NCBI GenBank assembly: GCA_038231515.1
Contig: JBBRLF010000001.1
Span: 1 to 55,390 of the forward strand
Length of the DNA: 55,390 bases
Direction: 5' to 3'
From: a candidate division WWE3 bacterium
GTDB taxonomy: Bacteria; Bdellovibrionota; UBA1018; UBA923
The notes under the pieces: generated by a model
Databases searched by the model: none
The model's input: only the letters and a program-made list of their open reading frames with translations
Told to the model about the DNA's origin: nothing
Translations under genes and position numbers: made by a program
Part shown: piece after piece, positions 9,751 to 16,141 of the stretch
Layout of the letters: every line of letters starts with the position of its first letter
Position numbering within the stretch: position 1 is the stretch's first letter

Positions 9751-10166
9751 TATCTGCTACCTCCGCCGTCGCTGATCGCGTAGCGCAGCAGCGCCAGCTT
9801 GCGTTTAATCATCTCGGCCGCGGCGTCATATTGCATCTGGTTGCCGGCCAGCTCGACCTGCTCGACGTTGCGGTCAACCGTGTTGCCGTCCAGGTGCACG
9901 ACGCCATTAGGGTTGTCATAGATTTCAGGGTCGATGCGGCCCGGATCAGCCTTGGTATAATGTTCGGCGTCGCTGCCTTCCATCTGCAGACGGCCCGAGA
10001 CATTCATCGCGTTTCTCAGGGAGTCTTCGAACTCGACCTTCTGGGCTTTGTAACCTGGCGTATCGGCGTTGGCGATGTTGCTCGAGATCACGTTCTGATT
10101 CATCAAACGGAAGTTCATCGCCGCTTGCAAACCGCCTATTGTCGAATCATAAATCGAATCGGCCAT
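9750..10166 (-). CDS. flgB: Flagellar basal-body rod protein FlgB
   Basis: The track ORF (to 10388) is over-extended. The conserved protein starts at the internal ATG at 10166 (MADSIYDSTIGGLQAAMNFRLMNQNVISSNIANADTPGYKA), which has a GAGGGGA RBS upstream. TAATG overlap with flgC. Confidence 0.9.
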   Translation of the reverse strand: MADSIYDSTIGGLQAAMNFRLMNQNVISSNIANADTPGYKAQKVEFEDSLRNAMNVSGRLQMEGSDAEHYTKADPGRIDPEIYDNPNGVVHLDGNTVDRNVEQVELAGNQMQYDAAAEMIKRKLALLRYAISDGGGSR

Positions 10167-10193
10167 CGCAGAGTCCCCTCTGAGAGTCTTCAA

Positions 10194-10210
10194 AGCAAAC
10201 TTTGGGCCAA
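10194..10210 (-). promoter_or_regulatory. Candidate sigma54 (-24/-12) promoter of the flgB operon
   Basis: The minus strand reads TTGGCCCAAAGTTTGCT. GG and GC sit at the canonical positions of TGGCAC-N5-TTGC (TGGCCC-N5-TTGC). The -12 GC is about 29 nt upstream of the flgB ATG. Confidence 0.45.
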
Positions 10211-10427
10211 CCCCGGTGGGCGACGCCCAGACTCCCGTCGCAAGCGAGTCACACCGCTGCGAACTGGGAAGATTCCTCCGAAACTCGACCCGCTCTGGGA
10301 AATTACGGCCGGGGTCCATGCTTCTCCGTCCTAGGAAAGAACTCCCTATCGCCAATGTCCCAACAGCGAATCCGGTCAACCGCGTCAAACAAACGACGAT
10401 ATACTAAAACCAACAAAGGAAGATCTC

Positions 10428-11084
10428 ATGACCCTATTGCTGAGCTTGTGCCTCGCTGCAACCGCTGCTGCCGCCCCCCCGACGACCCCCATGTCCCCTA
10501 TGTCCATCGCTGAGTACAAGACCGCCCTCAAGCGCCACGTCCATCAGGTCGCCGAGCCCATGCTTGAGATACTGGGAAAAAAGCGAGTCGCGATTCTGAT
10601 TGGGGTCATCGGCAAATGCCGCAAAACGGCAGCCTTCAAAACCTGCATGAAAAAGAACAAGCCAGAGGAATGCATGACCGCGCTGACCTGTCCGTTCACC
10701 TCGCCAGAGGAACAGGCGCTGATCGCCAAAAACAATACAACCTGGGAAGCACGCTACGCGAACGTCAAGCCAAGCTTCAATGACAAGCTTGAAGGTTGGC
10801 GCCGTCGTTTCGCCATTGGCACCCTCAATAAACTGGTCGACCAGCACAATGCCGTAGTGCAGCCGTCGCCACCGTCGCCGGCTGAAATTCAGGCCGTCTT
10901 TACAAAATGCGGCAGCGCCGGCACGACGGCAGACCGCGCGCTGGTGGTGTGCTTTCATGACATGGAAGAGCGGGACTTTGAGGACAAGGCCAAGGATATT
11001 GAAAAGCGCCACGAGGCGCTAAAGACTTTTGTGGACAAGACGCTGATGGAAAGAGTGGACGGCTTCCAGGACGCCAAAAAATGA
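10428..11084 (+). CDS. Hypothetical exported protein (Cys-containing, helical)
   Basis: Good RBS (AAGGAAG). Signal-peptide-like N-terminus MTLLLSLCLAATAAAA. GC3-rich coding signal. No family recognised. Confidence 0.6.
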   Translation: MTLLLSLCLAATAAAAPPTTPMSPMSIAEYKTALKRHVHQVAEPMLEILGKKRVAILIGVIGKCRKTAAFKTCMKKNKPEECMTALTCPFTSPEEQALIAKNNTTWEARYANVKPSFNDKLEGWRRRFAIGTLNKLVDQHNAVVQPSPPSPAEIQAVFTKCGSAGTTADRALVVCFHDMEERDFEDKAKDIEKRHEALKTFVDKTLMERVDGFQDAKK

Positions 11085-11219
11085 AAAGGGCCCTGGATCG
11101 CAGCGCTCAAGCTTGAACGCTACGACTTCCAGAGCCCTAATCTAAGTAATGCGTCAGACGTGGGTAAAAAGCTTTCGGTCGCTTCACGCCGCCGCAAGCG
11201 GCCACTCCGTGAACCCTCA

Positions 11220-11245
11220 GTCCACGTTTGTGGACCCGCTTTTTA
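11220..11245 (+). terminator. Weak intrinsic-terminator-like hairpin inside a nested inverted-repeat region between convergent genes
   Basis: GTCCAC-gttt-GTGGAC followed by ccgcTTTTTa. It is enclosed by the 11-bp inverted repeat GGGTAAAAAGC (11162-11172) / GCTTTTTACCC (11238-11248). A second hairpin, GATTTTGC-gtca-GCAAAATC (11251-11270), abuts the groEL stop. Confidence 0.35.
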
Positions 11246-11270
11246 CCCGAGATTTTGCGTCAGCAAAATC

Positions 11271-13246
<1,976 letters not shown>

Positions 13247-13278
13247 AAGAGCCTCCTATAAAAGGTTGTTACTACTCA

Positions 13279-13312
13279 TTAAAAATGGACGGCAACGGGC
13301 TCGCGCCCTGCC
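13279..13312 (-). promoter_or_regulatory. Hairpin plus T-run in the groES leader (terminator-like; possible attenuator)
   Basis: The minus strand reads GGCAGGGC-gcga-GCCCgtTGCC followed by gtccaTTTTTaa. It ends about 35 nt upstream of the groES ATG and lies downstream of the sigma32-like promoter. Confidence 0.3.
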
Positions 13313-13437
13313 GCCCAATATTTCGCCCCGGCTGGCTCAAACGAGGCCAACCAGCAGGCAGCTGATCAACACATTGGTGTTGAATAGATTGATGTCAAGT
13401 CGCAGACCTAGCATACGACCCACAATTCGTAAGTTTA

Positions 13438-13466
13438 ATATGGGGACGCAGGGACGAATGTCAAAG
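13438..13466 (-). promoter_or_regulatory. Candidate sigma32 (RpoH)-type heat-shock promoter for groESL
   Basis: The minus strand reads CTTTGAC-N14-CCCCATAT, against the consensus CTTGAAA-N13-15-CCCCATNT. The same bases also fit sigma70 (TTGACA-N16-CATATT). It sits about 190 nt upstream of groES. Confidence 0.5.
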
Positions 13467-13479
13467 CCAAGCGATAATG

Positions 13480-13508
13480 TTGACAATTCTAATCGGAATT
13501 GATATGCA
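13480..13508 (+). promoter_or_regulatory. Candidate sigma70 promoter for the 13530 gene
   Basis: TTGACA (13480-13485), a 17-nt spacer, then TATGCA (13503-13508). The predicted transcription start is about 15 nt before the ATG at 13530. Confidence 0.35.
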
Positions 13509-13529
13509 GTGCGTCAAGAGGTGTTATCC

Positions 13530-14405
13530 ATGGGTACTTTTCGAGTAAAATCATTTGGAATCAAGATGTTGGGACTAGCCGCTCCGGCCATGCTGCTAGC
13601 CAGCATTTCGACGAGCGCCTTCGCAGGCATGCAGGTCGTCTACATCGACAGCAAGTCCAAAGACACCAACGCCCATTCGCCGGAAGTATTCCGAGCCACC
13701 GAAGAAGATGGAACTGCGAAGCTCATCCGCGCCAATACCAAGGTCGACGAGCAAAAGCCAGCCGAAGAGTTCATCCAGTCTGAACCCGTCGCAGCAGCCC
13801 CCGCTCCAGTGGCCGCGCCCGCGAAGAAGACCATGGCCGCTCCAGCCAAGTTTTCAGCCCCCGTCGCGACCGTAGCCGCCGAAGCTGCGCCAAGCGCCGC
13901 CGCAATTGATCTGGCCGAACTCAAGAGACACAACCTCGAGCTGCAAAAACGCCTCGAAGTGCTGGAAAACGCCCGCGTCGAACAGAAAGCCGAAGCCAAA
14001 GCCGACGTAACCGAAGAGCAGGCCAATGCTCAGGATGTGGCTCCAGGAGCCAAAGAACAGTCAGAGATGAAATCCGAAGACGTCGTCGAATCAAGCCCGT
14101 CGCCTACCGACACGCTCGACGCGCGCATGAAAGAAAAAGCCGCGGTTACGAAAATTGCGAGAGTCGAACAGGCCCACGAGCTGACCGCCGAGCAGAAACA
14201 AAAAGCCCTGCGCGAAAAAAGCGGAGCTTTCGACCAGGTGCCCGATCAGCACATTAAAGACGTGGCTCAGCGTCTGAAGTACACCAACGAGATCCTCAAG
14301 CGCTTCGGCCGGGCCTATGACTACCGCATAATGACGCTGGCTCAGTTCAAAAAGACACTAAACGAACTCGAACAGTCTGAAGAAAAAACCAAGTCCTCCA
14401 ACTGA
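13530..14405 (+). CDS. Hypothetical exported protein (Ala/Pro-rich linker, coiled coil)
   Basis: I prefer the ATG at 13530 (RBS AAGAGGTG 6 nt upstream) over the GTG at 13509. Signal peptide is MGTFRVKSFGIKMLGLAAPAMLLASISTSAFA. No family recognised. Confidence 0.65.
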   Translation: MGTFRVKSFGIKMLGLAAPAMLLASISTSAFAGMQVVYIDSKSKDTNAHSPEVFRATEEDGTAKLIRANTKVDEQKPAEEFIQSEPVAAAPAPVAAPAKKTMAAPAKFSAPVATVAAEAAPSAAAIDLAELKRHNLELQKRLEVLENARVEQKAEAKADVTEEQANAQDVAPGAKEQSEMKSEDVVESSPSPTDTLDARMKEKAAVTKIARVEQAHELTAEQKQKALREKSGAFDQVPDQHIKDVAQRLKYTNEILKRFGRAYDYRIMTLAQFKKTLNELEQSEEKTKSSN

Positions 14406-14458
14406 GGGTTGCGTTTCCGTAAAAGTGGTGGCAATTCTTTGGGCTCATCACATGGTGT

Positions 14459-14534
14459 GCCCAGATAGCTCAGTCGGTAGAGCAGCGCCCTGAAAAGGCG
14501 CGTGTCGTTGGTTCGATTCCGACTCTGGGCACCA
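14459..14534 (+). tRNA. tRNA-Phe (anticodon GAA), CCA encoded
   Basis: GCCCAGATAGCTCAGTCGGTAGAGCAGCGCCCTGAAAAGGCGCGTGTCGTTGGTTCGATTCCGACTCTGGGCACCA. Folds as a cloverleaf with a 7-bp acceptor stem, anticodon loop CTGAAAA and T-loop TTCGATT. Near-identical in layout to the E. coli tRNA-Phe as I remember it. Confidence 0.97.
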
Positions 14535-14606
14535 CCTTTTACCTTCATCACCAAATAAACAAAAAATTAGAACACCAGGTTCCGCATACCTAAGTCGGAA
14601 TCGAAC

Positions 14607-14692
14607 GGGTTTTTGCGACCTGCGTGGAGTCGCGCTTTGAGCGCGACTGCGCGCAGGGCAGCACGCCAGGAAGGCGTGCTGAGCAAAAACCC
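14607..14692 (+). ncRNA. Candidate structured RNA module, unit 1 (three-way junction)
   Basis: P1 GGGTTTTTGC (14607-16) / GCAAAAACCC (14683-92). P2 outer CCTGCG (14619-24) / CGCAGG (14652-57). P2 inner AGTCGCGC (14628-35) / GCGCGACT (14641-48). P3 CAGCACGCC (14659-67) / GGCGTGCTG (14673-81). No plausible ORF. The strand assignment is tentative. Confidence 0.35.
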
Positions 14693-14695
14693 CCG

Positions 14696-14755
14696 GCCCA
14701 GAGGGAGCAGGCAGGAGCCTGCGACCGTCGGGCTCGATTCCGACTCTGGGCACCA
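14696..14755 (+). ncRNA. tRNA-like minihelix (acceptor stem + T arm + short hairpin, no D arm), CCA encoded
   Basis: GCCCAGA-ggga-GCAGGC-agga-GCCTGC-gacc-GTCGG-gctcgatt-CCGAC-TCTGGGC-ACCA. It has a perfect 7-bp acceptor stem identical to that of tRNA-Phe and a 5-bp T stem. The T loop is 8 nt, which is non-canonical. Confidence 0.3.
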
Positions 14756-14762
14756 CCTTTTA
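14734..14762 (+). repeat. Direct repeat: exact 29-bp copy of the tRNA-Phe 3' end (att-like)
   Basis: tcgattccgactctgggcaccacctttta is identical to 14513-14541. Confidence 0.9.
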
Positions 14763-14828
14763 ACCTTCGACCCCCATTCAAACAAGAATTAGAACACCAG
14801 GTTCCGCAGCCCTAAGTCGGAATCGAAC

Positions 14829-14915
14829 GGGTTTTTGCGTCACGGCGGACTGTCGCGCCATAAGCGCGACTGGGCGCCGTGCGGCAGCGCAGGATGCGCT
14901 GCCTAGCAAAAACCC
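14829..14915 (+). ncRNA. Candidate structured RNA module, unit 2 (paralog of unit 1)
   Basis: P1 is the same sequence as unit 1 (14829-38 / 14906-15). P2 outer CACGGCG (14841-47) / CGCCGTG (14875-81). P2 inner GTCGCGC (14852-58) / GCGCGAC (14864-70). P3 GGCAGCGCA (14883-91) / TGCGCTGCC (14895-903). The junction geometry matches unit 1, while the P2-outer and P3 sequences differ. Confidence 0.35.
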
Positions 14916-15070
14916 CCGGCCCACGCAAGCGCGCCAAAAGCCAACGAAGTTGGGTTTTGGTGTGTTGCGTACGCGAGACGAAGCGAAGCGAAGTCAGTGC
15001 GTCGGCGCGAAAGCGCCGTAACGTCGCAAACTACAAAACATGCGTCGGCAGGAGCCAGAAACCGTCGAGC

Positions 15071-15098
15071 TCGATTCCGGCACTGGGCACCACCTTTA
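15071..15098 (+). repeat. Direct repeat: degenerate third copy of the tRNA-Phe 3' end
   Basis: tcgattccggcactgggcaccaccttta. Relative to 14513-14541 it has 2 substitutions and one T fewer. Its acceptor and T pairing are degraded. Confidence 0.8.
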
Positions 15099-15126
15099 AC
15101 CCACCGCCCTGCAAGTTCAGCTGCAT

Positions 15127-15351
15127 GTGGCAGCGACCACAGACATTTTGTGTCTGCATTGTCGTTGGACGAAATTTTTCCATTTTAGCGATCGCACTGA
15201 CTTCAACAGCACGACCGGCAAGATCGACGCGGACATCAAAAACGTCGAGCCGGAGTTCAAGGACGGTGATTGGGAAAACAAGATCAAGAACATCCTGGGC
15301 AAATGGGACTTCCGCTCATATTCCACACTTGGTGCGCCGGCTATGAAATAG
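15127..15351 (+). CDS. Possible small ORF or 3' gene fragment (unknown)
   Basis: Only the distal two-thirds (GKIDADIKNVEPEFKDGDWENKIKNILGKWDFRSYSTLGAPAMK) has convincing GC3-rich codon usage. There is no ATG and no RBS. The 5' part contains a hairpin (CAGACA-ttttg-TGTCTG). Confidence 0.25.
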   Translation: MAATTDILCLHCRWTKFFHFSDRTDFNSTTGKIDADIKNVEPEFKDGDWENKIKNILGKWDFRSYSTLGAPAMK

Positions 15352-15376
15352 CCCGAATGAATGCTAGGAACTCTCT

Positions 15377-16102
15377 ATGAATAATCTGAAAGCCCTGTTT
15401 TATTCGGTGTTCTGCCTGGGAGCCATGCTCCCCGGATTTTGTCATGCTGAGGTCGCGTCAAAGTGGACACTCACCGCGGTTCAGGATGCCCCCTGCAGGT
15501 CATGGAATCCGAACAACGGAACCTGCCTGAAATGGGATACCTATCTTCAGTATTTCCCGGACTACGACAGCATGCTGTCGGGCTTCCAGCTCTACAGCGA
15601 GATCGTATCCAATCTCGACTCTCGAATCGCGGGGCTCGAAATAAAACTCCGTCCGAACACTCCACCGAACTCCACGACGATTCCGCAATGGTCGATCCAG
15701 TCGGTGGAAGCCTTGCCGTGTCGGATGTGGCGAGGAAAGACCGGGACCTGCCAAACTTGGGACGCCTACGCGCAGCACTTCCCTGACTTCACGACCGCTG
15801 CGACCGTCTTTCAACTCTACGCGGCGGCCATCAATGCGTTGGGAGATCGTGTGGCCTCGCTCGAGCTGATCGTCAATCCGGCGGGAACGCCGAATCCTGG
15901 TCATGTCGCGGATGTCGCATTGGTCGCGGTCGAAACGGCTCCCTGCACGAGTTGGGCGGTCCAAAACGGTCGCTGCGGGAGGGCTTATACCCATTTGCAG
16001 CACTACCCGGGCTATACCAGCGCGGTCGAGGCGTTCAACGCGGGTTCGACGGCGGTGACCGCGATCGACGGACGCGTCAGGACAATCGAAAATCTGCCGT
16101 AG
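15377..16102 (+). CDS. Exported protein built of three ~75-aa tandem repeats, each with a C-x9-C pair (unknown family)
   Basis: Signal peptide MNNLKALFYSVFCLGAMLPGFCHA. Repeats start at about residues 30, 105 and 180, with the shared pattern W-x-[LI]-x-x-V-[EQ]-x-x-PC-x-x-W-x5-G-x-C-x-x-W/A-D/Y-x-Y/H-x-Q-[HY]-[FY]-P-[DG]-[FY]...R-[IV]-x-x-[LI]-E. Confidence 0.75.
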   Translation: MNNLKALFYSVFCLGAMLPGFCHAEVASKWTLTAVQDAPCRSWNPNNGTCLKWDTYLQYFPDYDSMLSGFQLYSEIVSNLDSRIAGLEIKLRPNTPPNSTTIPQWSIQSVEALPCRMWRGKTGTCQTWDAYAQHFPDFTTAATVFQLYAAAINALGDRVASLELIVNPAGTPNPGHVADVALVAVETAPCTSWAVQNGRCGRAYTHLQHYPGYTSAVEAFNAGSTAVTAIDGRVRTIENLP

Positions 16103-16141
16103 ATTGAGAGAATAAGCCGCGTCCTGATCGGTTGAGTCGCG

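Noticed and set aside
9750-10388. 212-aa version of flgB
   Set aside because: The first 74 codons are non-conserved and Arg/Gly/Ser-rich, and they overlap the sigma54-like promoter. The conserved FlgB sequence and the RBS begin at 10166.
13247-13500. CIRCE/HrcA operator upstream of groES
   Set aside because: I searched by eye for TTAGCACTC-N9-GAGTGCTAA on both strands and found no match or near match.
14535-15098. CRISPR array, tmRNA (including two-piece), retron msr/msd, integron attC, c-di-GMP riboswitch
   Set aside because: Not CRISPR: there are only two long (220-340 bp) units, not short repeat-spacer periodicity, and no cas genes. Not tmRNA: the acceptor stem has no G3:U70, and there is no tag ORF or pseudoknot layout. 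Not a retron: no reverse transcriptase gene nearby. Not attC: no RYYYAAC/GTTRRRY ends and no intI. The GEMM consensus elements are not present.
14448-15346. ORFs of 60-155 aa covering tRNA-Phe and the repeat array (14448..14756, 14567..14785, 14879..15346 and others)
   Set aside because: They overlap a tRNA gene and hairpin-dense repeats. They have no RBS and are Arg/Ser/Pro-rich junk translations. The region is better explained as non-coding.
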